A stretch of DNA of 64,000 nucleotides from an uncultured Actinomycetes bacterium (GCA_963704885.1 CAVPIB010000004.1:1024001-1088000); one strand, 5' to 3'. Positions 9,411 to 19,198 are shown, counted from the stretch's first letter. The notes: generated by a model not told the origin, from the sequence alone. Numbers and translations are program-made.

Positions 9411-10231
9411 GTCTGGTCCTCGGGCACCGTCGTCGCGGCCGGAGGCTCGGGCACGACGGGTGGCTCGGCTGCCTGGGGTGCGGACTCGGCTACGACTGGC
9501 ATCTCGGATACCGGCGGCGCCTCCAGAGTTGCGCCATCGGACGGGCCGTCGGCTGTCGCCGCGGATCTGCGACGCATCATCAGCACCGCTCCGATCACGA
9601 CGAGCACCGCGACCGCAGCGATCACGATCCACAGCACCGGGGACGAGGACGAGCCCGACGGGATCGCACTCGCCTGTGCCTGAAGCTCGGTCCGTTCCCC
9701 CAACTTCGGCGTCCAGGAAACCGTGTTCCCGTTGATCTCGCCGTTGGACGACGCCACCGGGCCAGGGAACGTGATCGAGATGCTGATATCCGCCGAAGAC
9801 AGCGCGTTCTGCACGGCCTCGTTCGCGTCCGCGCCACCGGTGTCGTTCGTCATATCGAGCGCGCCGGTCACCGTGAAGACGTCGCCCTCGCGCGCGATCT
9901 TCAGCGCGTCCGCGTCCTCCAACTCGCTGAGCGCTGCGATCGGCACTCCGTCGAACGTGATCTCCTGCCCGACGAACGTGTCGTCCTCGTAGTCAGAGGT
10001 CGTCAGTCCTTCCGTGCCTTCGGGGGCGATCGTGTCGCCGCCGAAGATCTCATCTACCGGTTGGCCGCTGAGCGCGAGCAGCTGCTTGTCGACGGCGACG
10101 ATCGCCGAACCGCTAACGGTGTTGTCCGTGGAGACCGTCAGATCCATGTTGAGCTTGATGCAGCTCGAGAGCAGTATCACGAGCCCCGCTACCGCGAGCA
10201 TCCTGCCCGCCATCGAGTTGGTCCGCTTCAT
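9407..10231 (-). CDS. LppM-like lipoprotein with C-terminal TM anchor
   Basis: Lipobox LLSSC, IKLNMDLTVSTDNTVSG, ITFPGPVASSNG, C-terminal TM followed by RRR. Confidence 0.75.
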   Translation of the reverse strand: MKRTNSMAGRMLAVAGLVILLSSCIKLNMDLTVSTDNTVSGSAIVAVDKQLLALSGQPVDEIFGGDTIAPEGTEGLTTSDYEDDTFVGQEITFDGVPIAALSELEDADALKIAREGDVFTVTGALDMTNDTGGADANEAVQNALSSADISISITFPGPVASSNGEINGNTVSWTPKLGERTELQAQASAIPSGSSSSPVLWIVIAAVAVLVVIGAVLMMRRRSAATADGPSDGATLEAPPVSEMPVVAESAPQAAEPPVVPEPPAATTVPEDQT

Positions 10232-10378
10232 GGGAGCTCCCATTCGATCCGGATCGTTCGCTCGATTATCAGCCCACTTGAGGCCCTCACCTCGCAAGGG
10301 AGGGGTCTCGGAAGCTAGCCCAACTGACCGCGACGCTGCGTCCGACCGCATCGGCCGCGAACCTCGTAGTCTCGGCGC

Positions 10379-10878
10379 GTGACTTCGGCAGGATGGCAGG
10401 TCGCGCAGGTGAACATCGCGCTCCACGGGCACCCATCGACTCGCCGCAACTCGCGGACTTCGTCGCGTTGCTCGAACCCATCAACGAACTGGCTGATCAC
10501 AGTCCCGGGTTCGTCTGGCGCCTTCAGACCGAGGACGGCGACGCCACCGCGGTCCGCGCGTTCGACGACGATCGGATCATCGTGAACATGTCGGTGTGGG
10601 GATCCCTCGACGATCTGGGGACGTTCGTCTACGCCACCGGCCATCTTGAGGTCCTGCGTCGCCGTCGCGAGTGGTTCGCGCGCATGGCCGAGTCTCACCT
10701 CGCGCTCTGGTGGGTTCCCGCCGGGACGCTGCCCGATGTGGCCGAAGCCGAACGCAGGCTGGCGCACCTCCAAGAGCACGGCGCCTCGCCGCACGCGTTC
10801 ACTCTCCGCGAGCCATACCCACCGCCGAACGCGGTCTCGCCGATCACTCCCGACGATCGCTGGGTTTGCCCCGTCTAG
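10379..10878 (+). CDS. DUF3291 family protein (apparent 1-nt deletion near 10423)
   Basis: Frame A MTSAGWQVAQVNIAL joins frame B (P)RAPIDSPQLADFV...SPGFVWRLQ...NMSVW...RRREWF...LWWVPAG if one C is restored in CTCC(C)A. Confidence 0.8.
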
Positions 10879-10884
10879 AGCCCG

Positions 10885-12435
10885 TCAGTCCCGGACGGTG
10901 AACCAGGAACGCGCCAAGACACGGTAACCATCGTCGGCTAGCAGGTAGACGCTGTACTTGCCGGCTCGAAGCGGCCACGGGCCATAGGAGTGGGCGTCCA
11001 GGACCGCGGATCCCTGGATCGACGCGTTCGTGTAGAACCACAGGAGGTACGAGGCGACGTTCGGATCGGCTCCCCGCCTGTAGACGCCGATCCAGTCCCA
11101 TCTCTGACCGGGCGTGTTGGCCCACCACACGCGGATCGACTCGCCAGTCCCGAACACGCGCTCGGACACGAGCACCTGCGGCTTGGCTCCGGGCAGGCTC
11201 ACCCAGAACCGCGTGCGCGAACGAACCTGACCGCCGTCGAGCAGGAGGGCCACGTATGTTCCAGGCTCCCAACCGTCGGTCGGCACCGCGACGGTGCCAT
11301 CGGTGGCACCGCCGGTCGATACCTCGAAGAGCGGCGCCGCCGGGTCACCGCCCGCACGGATGACCGCCACCTCCTCGTCGGATCCGCCCGATCCGTGGAA
11401 CGTGACCTGTTGGTCGTCTCCGACCCCTAACAACCGGCTGCCCGCCGCGACGAAGATCGGCGGAGCGCCCGGCGTCGCGGAGAACGTCGAGACAACGGCA
11501 CGGTGATCGGTCCCCCAGGGGTCCACCGAAAGGGTCACGCCGGGACCTCCGGGCTCGCCAACCAGCTCGCTCTGCAGCGTCTGCGCCGGACCCGCCGCGT
11601 ACACGTAGTCGATCCGGTCCTGCGGCGCGTGCGGCCCCGGGTTCCAGCCGTCGTCCGTGTCTGGGCGTTCCGACGGCCAGGTGAGACCCGGGTCGGTCAC
11701 GGGATCGGGGTGCGCCTCGTGCCAGGAGTCGACGAATCCAGCCTTCTCCACGAACGCGCTCACCGGCCAGCGAACCGGATACGTGATCTGGGGCCGAAGC
11801 CCCACGGTGTCAGTGGTCCAGTCGTGGAGCGACGGCGCGTTGAAGTCCCCGGTGAGGAAGACTGGGATGTCCAGGCCCGCGAGCTCCGAGAGCGCCACGA
11901 CGCTGGGCGTCACGGCAGGCACCCGGACACGCCGCTCGATCTCCAAGATCTGGCTCCGAGGGGCGCCGCGCCTGGTCAGGTTGGGGCTGTAAGGACCGGC
12001 GGGCAGATGGACGTTGCCGATCGCCACCACTTGACCCGGGGCGATCTGCACGAAGAGATACAGGCCGTCGCCGCCGGCTGGATCGATCAGTGGATACCGC
12101 GAGATCACCTGGAGGCGCTCGTTGTAGTACGGATAACCGAGCGTCTTCGCCAGCCGGTCGATGTTGCCCTGCCCTTCCTGCAGACCCACCACGTCGGCAT
12201 CGGCCACCTGCACCCCTTGCACGATGCTGTGGAAGCTGATGACGGTGCCGCCGTACTCCATGTTGAACGTCATGACCTTGAGGTCCAAAGGAGCGGCGCT
12301 GCCGAGCGCGGGCCGGGGTACCGTGGGTCGCGCCGAGGCGGGGACCGCGGCGATGCCGGACGACAGGGCCATCACGATCGCGAACGTGGCCAGGGAGCGG
12401 AGCCGAACGCGGGGGGTCGTCACGGCCGACATCAT
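10885..12435 (-). CDS. Secreted endonuclease/exonuclease/phosphatase (EEP) family protein with C-terminal beta domains
   Basis: Signal peptide; VMTFNME, GLQE, LTGDFNAPS, DRIDYVY, GTDHRAV. Confidence 0.85.
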   Translation of the reverse strand: MMSAVTTPRVRLRSLATFAIVMALSSGIAAVPASARPTVPRPALGSAAPLDLKVMTFNMEYGGTVISFHSIVQGVQVADADVVGLQEGQGNIDRLAKTLGYPYYNERLQVISRYPLIDPAGGDGLYLFVQIAPGQVVAIGNVHLPAGPYSPNLTRRGAPRSQILEIERRVRVPAVTPSVVALSELAGLDIPVFLTGDFNAPSLHDWTTDTVGLRPQITYPVRWPVSAFVEKAGFVDSWHEAHPDPVTDPGLTWPSERPDTDDGWNPGPHAPQDRIDYVYAAGPAQTLQSELVGEPGGPGVTLSVDPWGTDHRAVVSTFSATPGAPPIFVAAGSRLLGVGDDQQVTFHGSGGSDEEVAVIRAGGDPAAPLFEVSTGGATDGTVAVPTDGWEPGTYVALLLDGGQVRSRTRFWVSLPGAKPQVLVSERVFGTGESIRVWWANTPGQRWDWIGVYRRGADPNVASYLLWFYTNASIQGSAVLDAHSYGPWPLRAGKYSVYLLADDGYRVLARSWFTVRD

Positions 12436-12503
12436 GCCCCTCGGGCCGACGGCCGGGCAAGCGAGCGCGTGACACGGGAGTGACCGACGGGCACACTGCC
12501 CCG

Positions 12504-14186
12504 ATGGATGCGGAGGGACCCGCCGAGCTGGCGTTCGTTAACGGGGCAGTGCAAACGGTCGATGGCTCGAACACCCGCGCGCAGGCGGTTGCCGTTCGCA
12601 ACGGCCGGATAGCGGCGGTCGGCTCGAACGACCTGATACGCGGGTCCAGCGGGCGTGCCACCGAGACGATCGACTTGGCGGGCCGCTCCCTGCTCCCGGG
12701 GTTCCAGGACGCGCACATCCACCCTGGGGGCGGCGGCCTCGACCGTCTGCGGTGTGACCTCAGCCAGGTCCATGCGTTAGACCGCTACTTCGCTCTGATC
12801 CGTGCATACGCGGACACGCATCCCGACCAGCCGTGGATCCTGGGCGGCGGATGGGCAATGGACGTCTTCCCCGGCGGCACACCGGACCGCGCCGTGCTCG
12901 ACGCCGTGGTGCCGGACAGGCCGGTGTTCCTGACGAATCGAGACAGCCATGCGGCCTGGGTGAACAGCGCCGCGTTGCGCCTCGCGCGCATCGACGCGTC
13001 GACGCCCGACCCCGCCGACGGGAGGATCGAGCGGAACGCATCGGGCGAGCCGCAAGGCACGTTGCAGGAGGGGGCTATGTCGCTCGTCAAGCGGCACGTC
13101 CCGCCTGTCGCGGCCGCCGACATCGAGCGCGGCATCCTGTTGGCGCAGGAGTACCTGCACTCGCTCGGCATCACCGCTTGGCAGGACGCGATCGTCGGCG
13201 ACGGCTATCCCCCGTTCCCGAACGCCCGCGACGTTTACCCCTCGCTGGCTGCGCGTGGCGTCCTCACCGCTCGTGTGGTGGGGGCGCTGTGGTGGGACCG
13301 CGCTCGCGGTCTGGAGCAGGTCGATGAGCTGATCGAGGTGCGCGAGCGGACGACCGGCGGACGCTACCGCGCAACCAGCGTCAAGATCATGCAGGACGGT
13401 GTGATCGAGAACCTCACCGCCTGCATGCTCCACCCGTACCTCGACCCCACCGGGACGAAAGACAACCGCGGCCTCGCCTATGTAGATCCGGGCGAGCTGC
13501 CCCGCTTCGTCACGCGCCTGGACGCCGAGGACTTCCAGGTGCACGTCCACGCGATCGGCGACAGGGCGGTCCGCGACACGCTGGATGCGTTCCAAGCGGC
13601 TCGAGACGCGAACGGCGTCCGCGACAACCGACACCACATGGCCCATCTGCAGGTCGTGCACCCCGACGACATGCCCCGGTTCGGCGCGCTCGGTGTCACA
13701 GCGAACGGCCAGCCGCTGTGGGCCTCCAACGACCCGGCCATGGTCGATCTGACCCTCCCCGTGATCGGCCCAGAGCGAGGCACCTGGCAGTACCCGTTCG
13801 GCGGCCTGCTTCGCGCCGGCGCCACCCTGGCGTTCGGTAGCGACTGGCCGGTCTCGTCGCCCGACGTCCTGGAGGAGATCCACGTGGCGGTGAACCGGAC
13901 CACGCCTCCCGGGTTCCTGTACGCGAGCGGAGCCGCGGTCGAGGAGGAGCCGTTCCTGCCCGAACATCGGATCACGCTCGAGCAGGCGGTGAGGGCGTTC
14001 ACCATGGGGTCGGCGTTCGTGAACCACCTGGACGACCGAACCGGATCGATCGAGGTCGGGAAGCTCGCCGACCTGGTGGTCCTGTCGGAGGACCTGTTCG
14101 GGCTGGAGCCGGCCCACATCACGAAGGCGAAGGTCGACATGACGTTCGTGGACGGCCGTGCGGTCTACGAGCGAACGGGATCGTGA
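12504..14186 (+). CDS. Amidohydrolase 3 family protein (YtcJ-like)
   Basis: PGFQDAHIH, HVHAIGDRA, HMAHLQ, FGSDWPVS, GSIEVGKLADLVVL. Confidence 0.88.
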   Translation: MDAEGPAELAFVNGAVQTVDGSNTRAQAVAVRNGRIAAVGSNDLIRGSSGRATETIDLAGRSLLPGFQDAHIHPGGGGLDRLRCDLSQVHALDRYFALIRAYADTHPDQPWILGGGWAMDVFPGGTPDRAVLDAVVPDRPVFLTNRDSHAAWVNSAALRLARIDASTPDPADGRIERNASGEPQGTLQEGAMSLVKRHVPPVAAADIERGILLAQEYLHSLGITAWQDAIVGDGYPPFPNARDVYPSLAARGVLTARVVGALWWDRARGLEQVDELIEVRERTTGGRYRATSVKIMQDGVIENLTACMLHPYLDPTGTKDNRGLAYVDPGELPRFVTRLDAEDFQVHVHAIGDRAVRDTLDAFQAARDANGVRDNRHHMAHLQVVHPDDMPRFGALGVTANGQPLWASNDPAMVDLTLPVIGPERGTWQYPFGGLLRAGATLAFGSDWPVSSPDVLEEIHVAVNRTTPPGFLYASGAAVEEEPFLPEHRITLEQAVRAFTMGSAFVNHLDDRTGSIEVGKLADLVVLSEDLFGLEPAHITKAKVDMTFVDGRAVYERTGS

Positions 14187-14203
14187 GATGAGGAGGCGAG
14201 GGT

Positions 14204-14776
14204 ATGGCCGAGGTTCACGTCCTGAGTGAGGGCTACATCCGCGAGGGCGACATAGAGCTCCGAGTAGGCTCCACCGTCGGGTTCGTGAGGGACGGCGACA
14301 CGTTGGTCGTGATCGACCCAGGGATGGTTCCCGGCGTCGGGTCGATCCTGGACCCGCTCACGACGCTGGGTGTCGCCGCCGGCGACGTCACGGACGTGGT
14401 GATCTCACATCACCATCCCGATCACACCGTCAACGTCGCGCTCTTCCCGCGAGCACAGATCCACGACCACTGGGCGACCTACCGGGACGATCTGTGGATC
14501 TCACGCCCGGCCGAGGGGTTCGACGTTTCGCCCAACGTCTCGCTGATCGAGACCCCGGGGCACACGCCTCAGGACATCACGACCCTCGTGGAGACCGATG
14601 AGGGCGTGGTGGCCTTCACGCACCTGTGGTGGATGGCCGAAGGGCCCGCCGATGACCCGTACGCCCCGGATCTGGCGCTCCTGAGGAGCAGCCGGGCCCG
14701 GGTTCTCGACCTGGCAACGGCGATCGTTCCCGGGCACGGCCCGATGTTCACCCCCAACGACTTCACGCCGCGCTGA
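14204..14776 (+). CDS. MBL-fold metallo-hydrolase
   Basis: ISHHHPDHT, TPGHT, VPGHG; SD GAGGAGG. Confidence 0.88.
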   Translation: MAEVHVLSEGYIREGDIELRVGSTVGFVRDGDTLVVIDPGMVPGVGSILDPLTTLGVAAGDVTDVVISHHHPDHTVNVALFPRAQIHDHWATYRDDLWISRPAEGFDVSPNVSLIETPGHTPQDITTLVETDEGVVAFTHLWWMAEGPADDPYAPDLALLRSSRARVLDLATAIVPGHGPMFTPNDFTPR

Positions 14777-14807
14777 GGGTCGCTGGGCATAGGATCGCCG
14801 TGCCGGC

Positions 14808-15740
14808 CTAGCCGACGAGTGCGCCCACCCGTTGCACGACGTCGCGGCAGAACGCCGCCACATGTGACCGGTCGTCGATGAACTGCGACGGCTTGATGCA
14901 GATGGTGGTGAAGCCGCGCGCGATCTGTTCTGGGATGGACGCGAGAGCCTGATCCAGGTCGGCCACGCCCGACGCGTCAGAGAACGAGCCGCGCGTCCCG
15001 CCGAGCATCTCCAGCTCGCCCATGTCGCGGCCCGCTTCTTCCATTTCGCGCGCGAGCCGCTCCAGGTCGCCGGGATCGGTGGATCCGAGCGGGTTGAACC
15101 CGCTGCCATACGAGACCAACCGGCGGAGGAGACGCTCGTGCAGCGAGCTGCCGCCGAACCACAGAACGGGACCTGTCGGCCGGAAGGCCTTGGGTTCCAG
15201 GTAAACATCGGCGAACCGGTAGTGTGCCCCTTCGAACGAGGCGGGACTCTGCCCCCACAACGCGCTCCAGGCCGCCAGGTGCTCGTCGAGCAGCTCGCCT
15301 CGTCGCTCGAACGGAACCCCGAGCGCCTCGTACTCGGCCCGATGCCAGCTGACGGTGGGCTGCACGACCAGCCGGCCCTCGCAGAGCAGATCGAGCGTGG
15401 CGAGCTGTTTGGCGATCAGCAGCGGGTGACGAAGGGGTGGGATCACGGAGCCGGCGATCAGCCGCAAGCGGCTGGTCGCCTGCGCGATCGCGGCCAGCAG
15501 TACGAGAGGATCCGGCCACGGAGTGGCCGGATCCTGGTTGCCGACCAAGGCGTAGTCGCGCGGGTTCACCGGAAGGCCGCCAGAGTCCGCGCCACGCCCC
15601 ATGACCACGTGCTCGCTGACCATGACCGCATCGAACCCGGCCTCTTCGGCCGCGACGGCGATCCTGACCAGTCCGCGCAGGTCTCGTGGCGAGGTCATCG
15701 TCCAGTTCTCGCTCAGGAGCAACACGAGTTTGGGCATCAT
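14808..15740 (-). CDS. LLM-class (probably F420-dependent) oxidoreductase
   Basis: AEEAGFDAVMVSEHVV, DPLVLLAAIA, LRHPLLIAKQLATLDLL, RGELLDEHL. Confidence 0.85.
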   Translation of the reverse strand: MMPKLVLLLSENWTMTSPRDLRGLVRIAVAAEEAGFDAVMVSEHVVMGRGADSGGLPVNPRDYALVGNQDPATPWPDPLVLLAAIAQATSRLRLIAGSVIPPLRHPLLIAKQLATLDLLCEGRLVVQPTVSWHRAEYEALGVPFERRGELLDEHLAAWSALWGQSPASFEGAHYRFADVYLEPKAFRPTGPVLWFGGSSLHERLLRRLVSYGSGFNPLGSTDPGDLERLAREMEEAGRDMGELEMLGGTRGSFSDASGVADLDQALASIPEQIARGFTTICIKPSQFIDDRSHVAAFCRDVVQRVGALVG

Positions 15741-15802
15741 CCGGCCATCCTACGGAGACGGCCCACACCCAGGTCGTAGACTCGCCGTTCGCGACCACGA
15801 GG

Positions 15803-17692
15803 GTGGTGACGACCACGGCACGAGCGCTCAGAGCGACGACGGTATTCCTGGCGGTAACGGCGATCATGGGCTCCGCGCTGATCACCCGACCGGTCCTTGC
15901 CGGCTCCTCGCCCTCTCGGACAGCCGGCTCGTCGGGGGGGGGCGGCAACGCTGGACCCCCTCTCCGCGGAGCACAGCCACCAGATTCGCTCCCCGGGATC
16001 GACGTGTCGCACTATCAAGAGACCATCAACTGGACGAAGGTGGCCGCCTCGGGGCGACGGTTCGCGATCGTGAAGGCCACCGACGGGCGTTCGTTCATCG
16101 ACCCGATGTACGCCACGAACAAGGCCGAGGCTACCGCTGCGGGCCTGGTGTTCGGCGCGTACCACTTCGCGCGTCCCGACGGTTCGGCGAACGACGCGGT
16201 CATAGAGGCCAACCACTTCGTAGATGTGGCCCAGCTCGGGCAAGGCGATCTGCTCCCGGTCCTGGACCTGGAGGTGACCGGCGGCCTCACGCCGAAGCGG
16301 CTGATCGGATGGATGCTCTCTTGGTTGGATGAGGTCACCGCCAGGACCGGCGTTAGGCCCATGATCTACACGAGCCCATATGGCTGGGCGTCACGGACCA
16401 ACGACTCGACGGCGATCGTCGACGCGGGCTACACGGTGCTGTGGGTCGCCCATTGGAGGGTGAACGAGCCGACGCTGCCGGCCAACGATTGGCAGGGTCA
16501 CGGCTGGACGTTCTGGCAGCACAGCAACTGCGGCTCCGTCCCCGGGATCAAGGGCTGCGTGGACGCCGACTGGTTCAACGGGTTGTCTTTCGAAGCGGTG
16601 ACGATCCCGTCGCCCGACTCCACTCCCCCGACCGCGACGCTCGCCGTCCCACCCGGCGTGAGCGGATCGGTCGACGTCCGTTTCAGCGAGATCGTGCGCG
16701 GCGTGACCTCCGACAACGTGACGCTCCGTGTGCTGGATACCGGCGAGGACGTACCGTCAGCACTCACGTGCGTCTCGAAGGACGGTCGCACGGTGGACTG
16801 CGCCACGGGGAAGATAGTCAGCGCCACCGTTCAACCGAACGGCCCGTTGATCCCCGGACAGATCTACGCGGCGACGGTGAACCCGTCCGATGCACCCGCT
16901 CCGGTCATGGATCGCAGCGACAACGTCGCGCCCACTACGGAGCAGACCTTCGGCGCCCCCTCCGAGATCGAGCAAGGGAGCGAGGCCGTCACGTACGGCT
17001 GGCGAACGGTGAAGAAGGCGGGCGCGTACGGGGGCTCCTACGTCAGTGAGCACATCGCGGGGGCGACGGCATCGTTCAGCTTCTCCGGCAAGAAGGTCAC
17101 CTGGTTCACCGTGACGGGTCCGAGCCACGGGAAGGCGTCCGTATGGATCGACGGTCGTCCGAAGGGGACGTTCGATCAGTACTCGGCGTCGGTCCACACG
17201 AAGGTAGCCAGATCGTTCACGGGCCTGGCCCGGGGTCCGCACACGATCACGGTTCGCGCGCTCGGTCAGGCGGGGTCGTCCCGCGGAACGGATGCACAGG
17301 TCGCGGTTGACGCCTTCCAAGGGGGCGGGAGGATCATCTGGACGCCGCCGCTCCGAACGACGTGGCAGCGGGCCGCCGTGACCGGCGCATCCGGGGGCAG
17401 CGTCGCCGTCGGCGATCAAGCCCGAACAACGGTCTCGCTCACGTTCCGTGGCAGCGGTGTTCGATGGCAGACCGTTCGCGGTCCCGACCAGGGTCGCGCG
17501 CAGATCTTCATCGACGGCGCGCTGGTGAAGACCTTGGACAACTACTCCGCCGACACCACCACGGGAGTGCTGCGATCGATCACTGGGTTGACGGCGGGCG
17601 TCCACCAACTCTTGATCGTCGTGAAAGGCGAGGCCCGGCCCGCGGCGCATGGGACGAAGATCTCCGTCGACCGGTTCTCGATCCTGGCCTGA
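15803..17692 (+). CDS. Secreted GH25 lysozyme with Ig-like domain and two tandem C-terminal beta-sandwich repeats
   Basis: GIDVSHYQ, VKATDG, GAYHFARP, catalytic VLDLE, WTFWQHS; VRFSEIVRGV Ig-like segment; duplicated motif S.TF.G..V.W.T..GP..G.A...IDG. Start uncertain. Confidence 0.85.
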   Translation: MVTTTARALRATTVFLAVTAIMGSALITRPVLAGSSPSRTAGSSGGGGNAGPPLRGAQPPDSLPGIDVSHYQETINWTKVAASGRRFAIVKATDGRSFIDPMYATNKAEATAAGLVFGAYHFARPDGSANDAVIEANHFVDVAQLGQGDLLPVLDLEVTGGLTPKRLIGWMLSWLDEVTARTGVRPMIYTSPYGWASRTNDSTAIVDAGYTVLWVAHWRVNEPTLPANDWQGHGWTFWQHSNCGSVPGIKGCVDADWFNGLSFEAVTIPSPDSTPPTATLAVPPGVSGSVDVRFSEIVRGVTSDNVTLRVLDTGEDVPSALTCVSKDGRTVDCATGKIVSATVQPNGPLIPGQIYAATVNPSDAPAPVMDRSDNVAPTTEQTFGAPSEIEQGSEAVTYGWRTVKKAGAYGGSYVSEHIAGATASFSFSGKKVTWFTVTGPSHGKASVWIDGRPKGTFDQYSASVHTKVARSFTGLARGPHTITVRALGQAGSSRGTDAQVAVDAFQGGGRIIWTPPLRTTWQRAAVTGASGGSVAVGDQARTTVSLTFRGSGVRWQTVRGPDQGRAQIFIDGALVKTLDNYSADTTTGVLRSITGLTAGVHQLLIVVKGEARPAAHGTKISVDRFSILA

Positions 17693-17720
17693 CCATCGCC
17701 GATCCGACCAGCCCGCCAAG

Positions 17721-17856
17721 GTAGTACGCTTGATACCTCGGGCAACGCCCCGAGGGTTCGCGTCGCGCGACCGATCGGTGGAAGCCTAAGGCTCCACCTC
17801 CTTCTCCGCCTCGACGGATCAAAGTGTGCCCTCGGGCAGGAATGAAGGGAGCGCCC
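17721..17856 (+). promoter_or_regulatory. Promoter plus putative structured 5' leader of the small CCCH protein gene
   Basis: -10 TACGCT (17725-17730); several stems; 21/23-nt identity to the helicase upstream region (59175-59197, minus strand). Confidence 0.5.
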
Positions 17857-18048
17857 ATGGCGACGACGAGCAGCAAGCAGGTCCAGTTCGGTCCTCCGGA
17901 CCGCGGCAAAGATGCGGCGTCTCGCGCCTCCACCGGTCGCCACTGCTCAGAACCTGGCTGTGCCACGGTGCTCTCGACCTACAACGACTCCACCAACTGC
18001 TGGCTGCACTCCGCGCCGTCGTACCGGCATCCGCTAGCTCGACAGTAG
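17857..18048 (+). CDS. Small CCCH zinc-finger-like protein (63 aa)
   Basis: C-x4-C-x12-C-x2-H (CSEPGC-ATVLSTYNDSTN-CWLH); SD GAAGGGAG before ATG 17857. Confidence 0.7.
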   Translation: MATTSSKQVQFGPPDRGKDAASRASTGRHCSEPGCATVLSTYNDSTNCWLHSAPSYRHPLARQ

Positions 18049-18079
18049 CGCCACGCCGTGTAAGCCCGATCGACGCCGG

Positions 18080-18685
18080 GTGAGCCACGACCTCACCCGG
18101 CCGATACTCTTCCGTCGCGTGCGCTCCGACCCAGATCTCCGACAGATCCTCACCGAGCGACTGCTGTTGCGCCGCTCACGCGCCGACGACGCCGAAGCCA
18201 TCTCCGCCTATCGTAGCGACCCCGATGTCCACCGCTACCAGGGATGGGATCGCACCGACCCGGACGGCGTCCGCGAGGAGATAGAAGAGATGAGCGCGCG
18301 GGCGCCCGGCGATCCTGAAGGATGGGTCCAGTTCTCGGTGGAGGAGCGCGCCACCGGGACGCTCGTCGGCGACGTCGGTATCAGCCCCGCCGAAGGCGAA
18401 CCCGGCGTGATCAAGCTCGGTTACACCATGTCGCCACCGGCTCAAGGTCGCGGCTACGCCACCGAGGCGATCAGCGCCCTCGTCACGTACGCGTTCGAAA
18501 CGCTCGAGGCCGATGTGGTCCGCGCATACGCGAGCGAGGTGAACGTCCCCTCCATCCGTGTCGCCGAGAAGGCCGGGCTCCGCCTCATCGAACGCGTCGA
18601 GCGAAGCTACGAGGGCGAGATCTGGTTCGGCGTCCGATACGAGCTCCGTCGCAAGGACCTCAGGTCGACGGGCGACCCGAGGTAG
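18080..18685 (+). CDS. GNAT N-acetyltransferase (RimJ/RimL-like)
   Basis: ILTERLLLR, LGYTMSPPAQGRGYATEA, NVPSIRVAEKAG. Confidence 0.88.
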   Translation: MSHDLTRPILFRRVRSDPDLRQILTERLLLRRSRADDAEAISAYRSDPDVHRYQGWDRTDPDGVREEIEEMSARAPGDPEGWVQFSVEERATGTLVGDVGISPAEGEPGVIKLGYTMSPPAQGRGYATEAISALVTYAFETLEADVVRAYASEVNVPSIRVAEKAGLRLIERVERSYEGEIWFGVRYELRRKDLRSTGDPR

Positions 18686-18693
18686 GCTCGGCC

Positions 18694-19071
18694 ATGGCCT
18701 ACGATGAGGAGCTCGCCGAACGGGTCCGGGCCGCTCTGGGCACCGTCGCGGGCGTGACCGAGATCAAGATGTTCGGCGGGCTCTGCTACACGGTGCGCGG
18801 TCACATGGCGGTTGGCGTCACCGGCCAGGATCTGATGGTGCGGATGGACGCAGAGGCGGCCCAGGTGGCCCTCTCCGAGCCCGGCGCCCGGCCCATGGAC
18901 TTCACCGGCAGACCGATGAAGGGGTTCCTGTTCGTAGGACCCCAGGGCGTGGGGACCGAACGTTCGCTCCAGACCTGGATCGAACGGGGCGTCTCCTACG
19001 CGTCGTCCCTGCCGCCTAAGAAGCCGAAGAAGCCGAAGGCTCCCGGATCGGGCCGAACGTCCCGCCCGTAG
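18694..19071 (+). CDS. TfoX/Sxy N-terminal domain protein
   Basis: MAYDEELAERVR, KMFGGLCY, PMDFTGRPMKGFLFV, SLPPK. Confidence 0.88.
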   Translation: MAYDEELAERVRAALGTVAGVTEIKMFGGLCYTVRGHMAVGVTGQDLMVRMDAEAAQVALSEPGARPMDFTGRPMKGFLFVGPQGVGTERSLQTWIERGVSYASSLPPKKPKKPKAPGSGRTSRP

Positions 19072-19127
19072 CCGGCCATCTGCCCCCTGTCCGCTCTCCG
19101 AGCTTCGGCCATCCTTCCCCTGAGCGT

Positions 19128-19158
19128 GAAGACCGCCCGTCCCACCCGGGCGGTCTTC
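19128..19158. terminator. Hairpin between convergent genes, probable terminator
   Basis: GAAGACCGCCCG...CGGGCGGTCTTC 12-bp stem. Confidence 0.6.
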
Positions 19159-19198
19159 CGTTTGCGGGGCTCGGGCTCAAGGGCGATCGACCCTCGAA

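Noticed and set aside
17741-17800. Resemblance of GGGCAAC...GCCTAAGG to a c-di-GMP-I or c-di-AMP riboswitch
   Set aside because: It lacks the GNRA tetraloop/receptor and GCAAA elements of c-di-GMP-I and the conserved ydaO segments; kept only as an unclassified leader.
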